Shown: piece by piece, positions 10,886 through 22,266 of the stretch
Numbering within the stretch: the first letter of the stretch is position 1
Layout: each line of letters opens with the position of its first letter
NCBI GenBank assembly: GCA_017470055.1
Contig: JAFUFD010000087.1
Coordinates: 53,467 to 117,466, forward strand
Origin: Prevotella sp.
GTDB lineage: Bacteria > Bacteroidota > Bacteroidia > Bacteroidales > Bacteroidaceae
Length of the DNA stretch: 64,000 bases
Direction: 5' to 3'
Notes under the pieces: generated by a model
Database searches by the model: none
What the model saw: only the letters and a program-made list of their open reading frames with translations
Told to the model about the DNA's origin: nothing
Translations under genes and position numbers: made by a program

Positions 10886-13800
10886 TTAAAGATTGAACTT
10901 TACACCAAAGTTGATACGCTTCACGGTAGGATAAGCACCCGTGGCACCACCATTACTTGAGAAGTTCGACTCACGGTCGTCAGGCATACGGGTCCAGAGC
11001 CAGAGGTTATTACCGCTGACATAGACCTTCAAGTCCTTGATACCCAATTTACGAACCCAAGGCTGCGTGAAGGTGTATGCCACCTCAACGTTCTTCAGAC
11101 GGATATAACTACCATCGCAAAGATACTGCGTACCATAATAGTAAGAGGGTTTAGAGTTGAAACGCGGGGTCAGCACATCAGCATTGGTATGATCAGTGCT
11201 CCACCATGTTCCCTGATCATAGACATTGGCAAGCATCGGGTCTGACAGACTGATCATCGTCACGTCACGGGTCACGTTGGTAACGCCATAGAACTGGGCG
11301 AAGCAACTGAAGCCCTTCCACTCGAAACCAATCGTAGCGTTATAGGTGTTCTGTGGGGTTCCTGTGAAACCGTAAGGCACATTATCGTTCGTGTTGTCTA
11401 CGACACCATCACCATTAAAGTCTACGATATAGTAGTCACCAGGCAGTTTCTGACCATCACTGGTGTCATGCTTGGGTGAGCCATAGATGTCATCATAGGT
11501 CTGCATCATACCCTTGTCGATGAACGAATGGGTCTGACCGATAGCATAGCCTTCCGCCTTACGATAACTGGGCAGCAGAGCAGGGTCGTCACGCATGATC
11601 ACCTCATTGGTGGCATGGGTCATACTCATGTTTGCCCACAGACGCATCTTGTTGGCGAACACCTTGTTGAAACGAACCTCCAACTCATAACCATGCGTCT
11701 TTACCTCACCTTGGTTAACCAAGGCGGCAGCCTGTCCGAAGTAGGATGGAACCTGACGAGAGCCAGCCACCAGAATGTCCTCACGCTTGTCACGGAAGAT
11801 ATCAAACGAACCAGAAATCAGACCACCTAAGAAGCCGTAATCAATACCGAAATTGAACTTCTTGACAGTCTCCCAATGCACATTGGGATTACCGACGGTA
11901 GCCTCACGATAGAAAGTATAAGGTGATCCACCTGCTGTCAGCATGCCATTTGTTATAGTATTTGACCCAGCATCAGTATCCAGTGAGGTGCGACCACCAT
12001 AAGCCCACTGTGTCATATACATGAAACGGGCATTGACGTTGTCGTCACCAATCTCACCATAAGAGGCACGGAACTTCAACATATCAACAATATGCTTATC
12101 ACGCAAATATTTCATGAAGGGCTCCTCGCTAATCATCCAACCGATAGCACCAGAGTTGAAGAAGGCGAAACGGTTGTCCTTCGAGAATTTCTCGGAACCG
12201 TTGTAAGCACCATTGTACTCGAAAGAGTATTTACCCGCGTAATTATAAGTAGCACGGAATACCCAGTCCTCACGGTAACTTGGAATCATAGAGCCTTGCG
12301 CATATTCTTGACGACCCCAGTTAACCATCGCTGTGACATCATGAAGTCCGAACTGACGACCCCAGTTAAGTTGCACTTGATAATTCAAGTTACGCTGCGT
12401 CCGCCAGTCATTAACCTCACCACCTTGGGTGCTCCACTTGTTACCCATGGTGTAGTCGAAACGGTCGTAACCCTCGTATGGCTGCTTATACTGGGCAATT
12501 CCCGTCTCTGGGTCAATCCATTTCAACTGCGGGTCATTATACAAGTCGGCGATACCACGACGGTCCTCCACAAACACGTTATCCCAAGCGATCATGCCAC
12601 GGAGAGAGAGACCCTTGGTAATGAAATCAAGTTTCTGCTCCAGAACGAAATCGGTATTGATACGAGTCGTCGTGATTGTCTGCACACCACCGATAGAAGA
12701 GGTCTGTGCGGAGTTGCTGACGTTGGTAGAACCAGGCAGGAAGCCCCAAGAGCCATCGCTATACTGTGGCAGGAAGGCATCTGGAGAAATATTATAGACA
12801 CCAGCCCACATCTGAGACATCTGCCAACCCAGAGATGAACCATTATCCCACTCATGACCACGCTCCCAAGGGTTGGTCTGCTTACCATTCGAACCAGCGA
12901 TATTCACTTTCAGGACAGTCGTCTTGGTGATATTAAAGTCAAGGTTCGAGCGCACGTTCACACGATTGAACGAGATGGAACGATCGTAATGACGACCCGT
13001 GGGGAAACTCTTGAACAGGTCACCCTCGCTGACGAAATCGACAGAAGCGAAGTATTTCACGAACTTCGTACCACCAGAAACGTTCAAGTTGGCATTATAA
13101 GACATGGTGTAATCCTTGAACATCGCACGCTGCCAGTCAACGTTCGGATAACGCTCACGCTGCTCCACCGTGGTCTGGTTACGATAGTTCTCGATGAAAC
13201 TCATCGGCTTCATGTAAGCAAAACTCTCAGGATTGAGGTTCAATTCATGCTCTACGGCAACATTGCGTGCTACCATGGCATCATAGGAGTCATACTTGTC
13301 AGGCAACATAGAGGGGATCTTCATGATGACATTAGCAGTCACACCAATCTGCGCCTTACCCTCAGTACCACGCTTGGTGGTAATCAGGATAACACCATTA
13401 GCACCCTTCACACCATAAACGGCAGTAGCAGAGGCATCCTTCAATACGGAGATAGTAGCCACCGACTGGATGTCGACACTACTCATCGGACGCTCAATAC
13501 CATCCACCAAAATCAACGGAGAAGAGTTGTTCCATGAGGATTGACCACGGATAATAATCTGCGGGTCTTCCTCACCAGGGATACCAGAAGAGGCAGTTGT
13601 TACGACACCAGGCAGATTACCCGTCAGGGCTGAGCCTATGTCAGTAATACCGGCGGCACGTTGCAGGGTCTCACCCGTTGTCTGGGTGATAGCACCTACG
13701 ACAGATGCTTTCTTCTGCTGACCGTAACCTACTACGATGACTTCTTCCAGTTCCGTGTCATCTTGAAGTGTAATCCGAAGGTTACGCTCCTTGCCCACTT

Positions 13801-14074
13801 TCACTTCACGTGAGGTCATTCCGACATACGATACTACAAGTACCGTAGACTCAGAAGGAACCGTCAAAGCAAAGTTACCATCGAAATCAGTCACTGTTCC
13901 AAGGGAAGTGTTTCCCTTCACTACAACCGAAGCACCTATCAGAGGCTCCGCGTTGTTGTCAACGACTGTTCCCTTGACTTTGATACTGCCTTGCGCTTGC
14001 ATCTGAAGCACAAATGCCATCAGCATCATCACCGTAGGGACAGCCCTTTTGATCAATTGCTTTAGATTTCTCAT
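10886..14074 (-). CDS. susC: SusC/RagA TonB-dependent transporter
   Basis: N-terminal carboxypeptidase-like domain (EPLIGASV...TDFDGNF); VLKDASATAVYGVKGANGVILITTKRG; C-terminal GVKFNL. Confidence 0.95.
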   Translation of the reverse strand: MRNLKQLIKRAVPTVMMLMAFVLQMQAQGSIKVKGTVVDNNAEPLIGASVVVKGNTSLGTVTDFDGNFALTVPSESTVLVVSYVGMTSREVKVGKERNLRITLQDDTELEEVIVVGYGQQKKASVVGAITQTTGETLQRAAGITDIGSALTGNLPGVVTTASSGIPGEEDPQIIIRGQSSWNNSSPLILVDGIERPMSSVDIQSVATISVLKDASATAVYGVKGANGVILITTKRGTEGKAQIGVTANVIMKIPSMLPDKYDSYDAMVARNVAVEHELNLNPESFAYMKPMSFIENYRNQTTVEQRERYPNVDWQRAMFKDYTMSYNANLNVSGGTKFVKYFASVDFVSEGDLFKSFPTGRHYDRSISFNRVNVRSNLDFNITKTTVLKVNIAGSNGKQTNPWERGHEWDNGSSLGWQMSQMWAGVYNISPDAFLPQYSDGSWGFLPGSTNVSNSAQTSSIGGVQTITTTRINTDFVLEQKLDFITKGLSLRGMIAWDNVFVEDRRGIADLYNDPQLKWIDPETGIAQYKQPYEGYDRFDYTMGNKWSTQGGEVNDWRTQRNLNYQVQLNWGRQFGLHDVTAMVNWGRQEYAQGSMIPSYREDWVFRATYNYAGKYSFEYNGAYNGSEKFSKDNRFAFFNSGAIGWMISEEPFMKYLRDKHIVDMLKFRASYGEIGDDNVNARFMYMTQWAYGGRTSLDTDAGSNTITNGMLTAGGSPYTFYREATVGNPNVHWETVKKFNFGIDYGFLGGLISGSFDIFRDKREDILVAGSRQVPSYFGQAAALVNQGEVKTHGYELEVRFNKVFANKMRLWANMSMTHATNEVIMRDDPALLPSYRKAEGYAIGQTHSFIDKGMMQTYDDIYGSPKHDTSDGQKLPGDYYIVDFNGDGVVDNTNDNVPYGFTGTPQNTYNATIGFEWKGFSCFAQFYGVTNVTRDVTMISLSDPMLANVYDQGTWWSTDHTNADVLTPRFNSKPSYYYGTQYLCDGSYIRLKNVEVAYTFTQPWVRKLGIKDLKVYVSGNNLWLWTRMPDDRESNFSSNGGATGAYPTVKRINFGVKFNL

Positions 14075-14153
14075 TGTTACTAAATTTGATTCATCGGTTT
14101 ATATTTTGTTAGTGTTAATGTGACTTTTTACTTTACATTTAACATTGCGAGTG

Positions 14154-14220
14154 CAAATGTAAACACATTTTTAGATTTGGGGTTTCTCGTATGTAACACG
14201 GATTTTGCTATTTGTAACAT
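14154..14220 (-). promoter_or_regulatory. susC promoter (-7 TACATTTG) with upstream 21-bp-period direct-repeat operator
   Basis: Plus strand caaatgta at 14154-14161; GTAACA half-sites start at 14193 and 14214. Confidence 0.7.
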
Positions 14221-15593
14221 CTTTTGGAAATAAGCGTTTCCCCTGACTTTGTAACCTCCCGGATGATACAAATACCATGGGGCTGTGTTACAATCCGAGC
14301 ACCTGAAAGGGTAAAGTATTCCCGACTGACAATCTCGCCAACGCCATCCGCATTCAAATCAGCATCCAAGGAGGATGAAGGATCTTCCCCGTACTTATAC
14401 CCATAGCCAGGATCATTGATCATGTCACTATACTCCTGCGTGGCGTAATATTGGAATCGACGGTAACAGGGACGTGGACATGCCTCCGGGTCAGTCAGGA
14501 AGGTATTGCCATCGGCTGCGGCATCCTTATAGTTTGCCAACAAGTTGCCATCGGTAAACAACAGCCAACTGACATTACATGTCTCATCGGCTATACGGAT
14601 GAAATTGGCACCGAAGCCCTGACCGCCAGCCACACCTGTATTTGATTTACCCCATGAGGAATTATACTTTGAAGGAGCCCAGTCCATTTCAGTGACCACC
14701 ACAGGAGCCATCTCGGCGACAGGACCTATCTGCGCATCCCATCCACGCTTGAAATCTTTGTAGTTGACGACGACATCTCCATCACCATGACCACCGTTAT
14801 ACCATCCAGGATAGCAGTGCACGGCATAACCGATGTTCTCGCCCTGTATCGGATACTGGGCAAATCCTGCGTATTGTGACTGCCAGCCCAGTCCTGGAAT
14901 CAACAGGATATTATTACAGTACTTGCGCATCTCATCGACAATCTTCTGAAAATACCTCGTCATCGCCTCATCGCGCGTACCACTATTATATATAATATTA
15001 ATAGGCTCGTTGGCAAGTTCAAAAAGAACAGCACCGTTGTTCCTCAACTTAGGATGTTGTGCCACATAGCCCCATACCTTCAGCAAATACTGCTGGTAGG
15101 CATCGCCCTCCGAAATATTGTCAGGACAGACACCAGGCGGGCGCATGACCACATACAATCCTTTGGAAATAGCATACTCCGCCATGGGGACAAAGACCTG
15201 ATCCAAATATTGTTTGAAGCGGTTAAAGTCAAAATATTGGATGTCGCTCTCTGGAACATAATACACACCAGCAGGAACATTATTACTCCAATAGGGGTCC
15301 ATGTGCTGACGGACGAAGGTCATCTTCCAGCCAGCCGCCATCATCTTATCAATGATACCTTTATTGTAATTCAGGCATCCGTTCACATCAAAGTTTGTCC
15401 ACTTAGTACCTTGCTCATTAAACCAAGGGCTGAACGTCTGAGCAAACCCATGGAGGTTGACTCGCTTCCCATTGGCGTCAACAAAGAACTGTCCCTCCAC
15501 ATGCAAGGCTGGGAGCGACTGGGACATTGCCATCCCACATCCGAGGAACAGCAACATACATAGCAACTGCGCTTTACGTTTCAAGTTATTCAT
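14208..15593 (-). CDS. GH5 glycoside hydrolase (probable GH5_21-type xylanase) with C-terminal secretion-type domain
   Basis: Signal peptide; LHVEG...VNLHG; FELANEP (acid/base); YAVHCYP; VVVTE (nucleophile). Subfamily is inferred from the xylan-locus context. Confidence 0.8.
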   Translation of the reverse strand: MNNLKRKAQLLCMLLFLGCGMAMSQSLPALHVEGQFFVDANGKRVNLHGFAQTFSPWFNEQGTKWTNFDVNGCLNYNKGIIDKMMAAGWKMTFVRQHMDPYWSNNVPAGVYYVPESDIQYFDFNRFKQYLDQVFVPMAEYAISKGLYVVMRPPGVCPDNISEGDAYQQYLLKVWGYVAQHPKLRNNGAVLFELANEPINIIYNSGTRDEAMTRYFQKIVDEMRKYCNNILLIPGLGWQSQYAGFAQYPIQGENIGYAVHCYPGWYNGGHGDGDVVVNYKDFKRGWDAQIGPVAEMAPVVVTEMDWAPSKYNSSWGKSNTGVAGGQGFGANFIRIADETCNVSWLLFTDGNLLANYKDAAADGNTFLTDPEACPRPCYRRFQYYATQEYSDMINDPGYGYKYGEDPSSSLDADLNADGVGEIVSREYFTLSGARIVTQPHGICIIREVTKSGETLISKRCYK

Positions 15594-15624
15594 CTTATTT
15601 TGATTTTACATTGTTTCAATATAA

Positions 15625-15654
15625 ATGGGGAGGTAACTCACGTCAGCCCCCCAT
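15625..15654 (-). other. GNRA-loop hairpin in the long 5' leader of the GH5 gene
   Basis: Minus strand ATGGGGGGCTGAC-GTGA-GTTACCTCCCCAT. Confidence 0.55.
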
Positions 15655-15736
15655 GACTAAAACCATAACTAGCATAACTACTAATCAAATATTTCAAATC
15701 TAACCTAAGCGATTAATACTTTTTCTGTTTCTGGTG

Positions 15737-15803
15737 CAAAATTACGCTTCATTTATGAAAGTCGCAAGTTCCGAAGTAACACGAAACTTTCCGTGTGTAA
15801 CAT
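15737..15803 (-). promoter_or_regulatory. GH5 promoter (-7 TAATTTTG) with 21-bp-period operator
   Basis: caaaatta at 15737-15744; GTAAC half-sites start at 15776 and 15797. Confidence 0.7.
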
Positions 15804-15823
15804 CTTGCCTAAAAAGGACGAAA

Positions 15824-15890
15824 ATGTTACACCATACAAAATATATATTACATTTGACGGCTGATATCTGCCTGAAAAGTAATAACTTTG
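15824..15890 (+). promoter_or_regulatory. CE6-CE1 operon promoter (-7 TAACTTTG) with 21-bp-period operator
   Basis: ATGTTACA at 15824 and ATATTACA at 15845; TAACTTTG at 15883-15890. Confidence 0.7.
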
Positions 15891-15902
15891 CATCATAATT
15901 AA

Positions 15903-17846
<1,944 letters not shown>

Positions 17847-17896
17847 CCCCCTATGAGAATAACTATCTCGACTTTATTATTACTGGAAGACCTGCC

Positions 17897-19480
17897 ATGA
17901 TGAAAAGCGTATACCATATCTTCACAGCACTAACCCTTGCCGTATCGGCAAACATCCAGAACCCGATGCTCTGGGCGGATGTACCCGATCCCGACATCAT
18001 CCGTGTGGGCGACACTTTCTATCTGGTGTCTACCACGATGCACCTGATGCCTGGTGCCCCCATCATGCAGTCGAAAGACCTGAAGAACTGGGAGACGGTA
18101 GGATATATCTTCGACCGTCTAACAGACTCTCCGAAATATGACCTCCAGCAAGGCTCTGTCTATGGTCGTGGGCAATGGGCTACCTCCCTGAAATACCACA
18201 ACGGGAAGTTCTATGCGCTCTTAGCCCCCAACGAGGCAGGAGCCATGGGCGACACCTATATCTTCTCCGCAGAGGAGGCGAGAGGTCCGTGGACATTGGT
18301 GTCACGTATGCGCCATTTCCATGACTGCTCCCTGTTCTTCGATGACGATGACCGGGTGTATGTCATCTATGGCACTGGCGAGATGATGGAACTGAAGCCC
18401 GACCTCTCGGATGTCATCGAGGAAACACACCAGCAGATCTTCCAACGGGAGGAAGACGAGACGGGACTCTTGGAGGGCAGCAGGATGATCAAGCATAACG
18501 GGAAATATTACCTATTGATGATTTCCCATGTTTACGCATCAGGCAGGCATCGCCGGGAGGTATGCTATCGTGCTGATGACATTCACGGTCCTTACGAGAA
18601 GCAAGTGATCCTCGAATCAGAGTTCGGTGGCTTTCCCTATGAGGCACAAGGTACTATCGTGGACACACAGGATGGTGACTGGTATGGCATCATCTTCCAG
18701 GACCGTGGCGGGGTAGGACGTGTGTTGACAGTGATGCCTTGTCGCTGGATCAACGGATGGCCGATGTTAGGCGACGAGAACGGCAAGGTACCGGAGACGG
18801 TACGCCCTGTGGCCTGTGGACAGCCAGAGACCCATATCGTGAAAAGTGATGACTTCGCTGACACAAGACTCGGACTGCACTGGCAATGGAACCACAATCC
18901 CATCGATAACGCATGGTCGCTCACGGAGCGTCCTGGCTATCTCCGCCTGAAGACCAATCGGATAGTGACAAATCTCTATGAGGCCCCCAACACCCTGACG
19001 CAACGGATGGAGGGACCCACGTGCAGCGGTGCTATCGTGATGGATCTCTCTAAAATGCAAGATGGCGACTGTGCTGGTCTTGCCGCCTTCAACGGAGACG
19101 CTGGCGTGCTGACTATCAGGAAGAGCGGCAAGCACCTGACCCTCTCCATGACAGAGCAATCGGTCAGTCTGTCCGAGAGGGAGAAGCAGGTGACGGATGT
19201 CAAGATAAAGGAGATAGAAAGTATGCCGCTAACCACTTCTAAGATATGGCTCCGCATTGACGGTGATTTCCGTCCGAACGGGCATGGCGGCGGACAGGAC
19301 CTTGCCACTTTCTATTACAGCCTTGACGGTGAGCAATGGACAAAGATCGGCTCCGACTATCGCATGATCTTCGACTACCGTCGCTTCTTTATGGGAACTA
19401 AATTCGGCATCTTCTGCTACGCCACCAAAAAGAAAGGCGGCTATGTGGATATCGACAAATTCAAGTATACTAAAAAATAA
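17897..19480 (+). CDS. GH43 arabinofuranosidase/xylosidase with C-terminal beta-sandwich
   Basis: NPMLWADVPDPDIIRVGDTFY; HDCSLFFDDD; LEGS; LHWQWNHNP C-terminal module. Confidence 0.9.
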   Translation: MMKSVYHIFTALTLAVSANIQNPMLWADVPDPDIIRVGDTFYLVSTTMHLMPGAPIMQSKDLKNWETVGYIFDRLTDSPKYDLQQGSVYGRGQWATSLKYHNGKFYALLAPNEAGAMGDTYIFSAEEARGPWTLVSRMRHFHDCSLFFDDDDRVYVIYGTGEMMELKPDLSDVIEETHQQIFQREEDETGLLEGSRMIKHNGKYYLLMISHVYASGRHRREVCYRADDIHGPYEKQVILESEFGGFPYEAQGTIVDTQDGDWYGIIFQDRGGVGRVLTVMPCRWINGWPMLGDENGKVPETVRPVACGQPETHIVKSDDFADTRLGLHWQWNHNPIDNAWSLTERPGYLRLKTNRIVTNLYEAPNTLTQRMEGPTCSGAIVMDLSKMQDGDCAGLAAFNGDAGVLTIRKSGKHLTLSMTEQSVSLSEREKQVTDVKIKEIESMPLTTSKIWLRIDGDFRPNGHGGGQDLATFYYSLDGEQWTKIGSDYRMIFDYRRFFMGTKFGIFCYATKKKGGYVDIDKFKYTKK

Positions 19481-19483
19481 GAT

Positions 19484-20854
19484 ATGAAAAAAGGTATTGC
19501 TTTTTGGGTCACATTAGTGACAACAACCTGCTGTCTTGCCCAGAATCCTTTTGTGCAGACATGTTTCTCCACTGACCCCGCCCCGATGGTCCACAACGGG
19601 ACGATGTATGTCTATACAGGACATGACGAGGACAAGGCGGACTTCTTCTGGATGCAGGAGTGGCGTATTTACAGCACACAGGACATGGTGAACTGGACGG
19701 ATCATGGTTCACCTCTTGCCTTGGAGAGTTTCTCTTGGGCTGACGACCGTGCATGGGCAAGTCAGTGTATCGAGCGCAACGGTAAGTTCTACTGGTATAT
19801 CTGTGCCCACTCCAAGATATCCGACGGCATGGCGATCGGGGTCGCCGTGGGTGACACGCCGACGGGACCGTTCCATGACGCTATTGGAAAACCGTTGTTC
19901 GAGAATGGCAGTTGGGACCATATCGACCCTACGGTGATGATTGATGACGATGGACAGGCATGGCTGATGTGGGGCAACCCCCAGTGCTACTACTTGAGAC
20001 TGAACGAGGACATGATATCGTACAGTGGCGAGTTAGGACGCCTCGACATGACGGAGGAGGCCTTCGGCGGTCCCATCATGAGCAAGCGGGAGAAGGGTAA
20101 GCAATACAAAGACAGTTATGTGGAAGGTCCTTGGCTGACCAAACGCAATGGCACCTATCAGTTGCTCTATGCCGCCGGTGGCGTGCCGGAGCATATCGCC
20201 TACAGCACGGCACCCTCGCCTACTGGTCCTTGGACTTACGCTGGCGAGATCATGCCCCTCTGCGATACGGGTTCCTTCACCAACCACTGTGGTGTCGCTG
20301 ACTACAAAGGACATAGTTACTTCTTCTACCATACAGGAAAGTTGCCTGGTGGCGGAGGTTTCGGACGCAGTGTCGCCGTGGAGGAGTTCCAATACAACGC
20401 TGACGGCAGTTTCCCCAAGATCATGCCCACGGATGAGGGGGTGAGCCCTATCGCCACCTTCAACCCCTATCGGAAGGTGGAGGCAGAGACCATGGCGTTC
20501 TCGCAAGGGGTTAAGACAGAACAGAACGAGGAGATCGGTGTCTATGTGACCGACATCCATCACGGAGACTATATCAAGTTACAGGCGGTCGACTTCGCAG
20601 GAAAACTGCCCCGTACCTTCACGGCTCGGGTGGCAAGTGGTCTGCGTGGCGGACAGATAGAACTCCACCTCGACAGCATCAAAGGACAGCAGATAGGCAC
20701 ACTTGCCGTTCCTGCCACGGGAGGCTGGGAACGATGGCAGACACTGACTGCCGACCTGACTACTATAGCCACAGGCACCCACGACCTCTATCTGGTATTC
20801 ACAGGAAGGAAGGGACCGAAACTCTTTAACTTCGACTGGTGGAAGTTTGAATAA
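19484..20854 (+). CDS. GH43 (arabinoxylan arabinofuranohydrolase-like) with CBM6
   Basis: TDPAPMV, HIDPTVMIDDDG and VEGPW motifs; C-terminal CBM6 (VEAETMA...TGGWERW...FNFDWWKF). Confidence 0.9.
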   Translation: MKKGIAFWVTLVTTTCCLAQNPFVQTCFSTDPAPMVHNGTMYVYTGHDEDKADFFWMQEWRIYSTQDMVNWTDHGSPLALESFSWADDRAWASQCIERNGKFYWYICAHSKISDGMAIGVAVGDTPTGPFHDAIGKPLFENGSWDHIDPTVMIDDDGQAWLMWGNPQCYYLRLNEDMISYSGELGRLDMTEEAFGGPIMSKREKGKQYKDSYVEGPWLTKRNGTYQLLYAAGGVPEHIAYSTAPSPTGPWTYAGEIMPLCDTGSFTNHCGVADYKGHSYFFYHTGKLPGGGGFGRSVAVEEFQYNADGSFPKIMPTDEGVSPIATFNPYRKVEAETMAFSQGVKTEQNEEIGVYVTDIHHGDYIKLQAVDFAGKLPRTFTARVASGLRGGQIELHLDSIKGQQIGTLAVPATGGWERWQTLTADLTTIATGTHDLYLVFTGRKGPKLFNFDWWKFE

Positions 20855-21020
20855 ACCATATAGTTTTACTATTCAGGACATCAAGGTCAGTGGGCGGGCG
20901 AGTCAACGTCGGTAGAGGTCATTAAGACTTTTTTCAAACGCTCCAATTAAAAAGATTTGAAACACATCATGAAAGGATTAAAAATAAATTTCTTAACTTT
21001 GCAACAAAAACAACAACGGT

Positions 21021-22193
21021 ATGAAACGTATATGCAGCATCGGGTTTGGAACAACTTTAACAGCATGCCTGTTTACTTGTCTACTGACAGCATGGGCACA
21101 ACAGCCTCCACATGTCTATCCTAAGGAGAACACCGGAAGCCACTTTATGGCTCCTGCAATGCCTGCTCCCCATGAGTTGCCAGAGGTTCGCGAACTGCCA
21201 AAGATTCTTACATGGGCAGATGGCAGTGGATCTATTCGCAGTTTCAATGACTGGGAACGTCGTCGTAATGAGATTGCGGCCCAAATACAGTACTATGGTA
21301 TCGGTACGAAACCTGATGTCAGTCCTGAGCAAGTAAAGGCACGGATGAATGGTGACACACTGATTGTTGATGTTACAGTGGGGGACGAGACCTTGACACT
21401 ACGGTCTACTATCCATTATCCCACAACAGGGAAGCCACCATATGCCCTTATGATTGGCACCAGTATGCTTGCTCTTCCCAAACTACTCTTTGAAGACCGT
21501 CCTATCGCCACCATGAATTTCCATGAGGCACAGGTCAACGACTACTCGCAATGGCGACCTCATAAGGAGCGTGGCGAACATGACTTTGATCGCCTTTATC
21601 CAGACTTGAAGGATAATGGAGCCTACAGTGAATGGGCATGGGGCATGAGCCGACTCATTGACGGTTTGCAGCAATTAGGCTCAGAGAAGACCAAGATTGA
21701 TATACAACGAATTGGTGTCAGTGGCTGTTCCTACGCTGGCAAGATGGCACTTTTCTGTGGTGCCTTCGATGAGCGTATCGCCCTCACTATCGCCCAAGAA
21801 CCTGGAGGCGGGGGTGCCGCCGCCTGGCGCATCTCCCATCAGATGGACAGTGTGGAGTGTCTTGACAAGACAGACTATCACTGGTTCTTGGAGTCGATGC
21901 GTGACAATTTCCATGGCGACAACGTGTATCGTCTGCCTTATGACCACCATGAGTTATGTGCCATGATATGCCCTCGTGCCCTTCTGCTATTAGGCAATAC
22001 AGACTACAAATGGCTTGCTGACGAGTCTATGCGTGTCTCTGCACAAGCCGCTATAGAGGTATGGAACTACTTCGGAATCGGAGACCGTTTCGGGTGTGAC
22101 ATCGTAGGAGGACATCCTCATTGTGTACTTCCCGAGAGCCAGTATCCTATCGTGGGAGACTTTATAGACCGCTTCCTTCTCCAGAGGATATGA
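21021..22193 (+). CDS. CE15 glucuronoyl-esterase-family protein
   Basis: AWGMSRLID, GCSYAGK, AQEPGGGG, LPYDHHEL and ICPRALL motifs. Confidence 0.85.
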   Translation: MKRICSIGFGTTLTACLFTCLLTAWAQQPPHVYPKENTGSHFMAPAMPAPHELPEVRELPKILTWADGSGSIRSFNDWERRRNEIAAQIQYYGIGTKPDVSPEQVKARMNGDTLIVDVTVGDETLTLRSTIHYPTTGKPPYALMIGTSMLALPKLLFEDRPIATMNFHEAQVNDYSQWRPHKERGEHDFDRLYPDLKDNGAYSEWAWGMSRLIDGLQQLGSEKTKIDIQRIGVSGCSYAGKMALFCGAFDERIALTIAQEPGGGGAAAWRISHQMDSVECLDKTDYHWFLESMRDNFHGDNVYRLPYDHHELCAMICPRALLLLGNTDYKWLADESMRVSAQAAIEVWNYFGIGDRFGCDIVGGHPHCVLPESQYPIVGDFIDRFLLQRI

Positions 22194-22266
22194 CAAAAAT
22201 ATAGTACAGATATTTGGTATTTCACAAATTATTGTGTACCTTTGTCAGCAATAAAACTATTCTTCT

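Noticed and set aside
885-14074. Tandem susC/D-susC/D with CBM-interrupted GH10 as a novelty
   Set aside because: This is the established core xylan-utilisation architecture of Prevotella/Bacteroides.
20855-20950. Coding-like spacer after GH43-CBM6
   Set aside because: Only ~30 codons are open, with no start and no recognisable family, so a pseudogene call cannot be supported.
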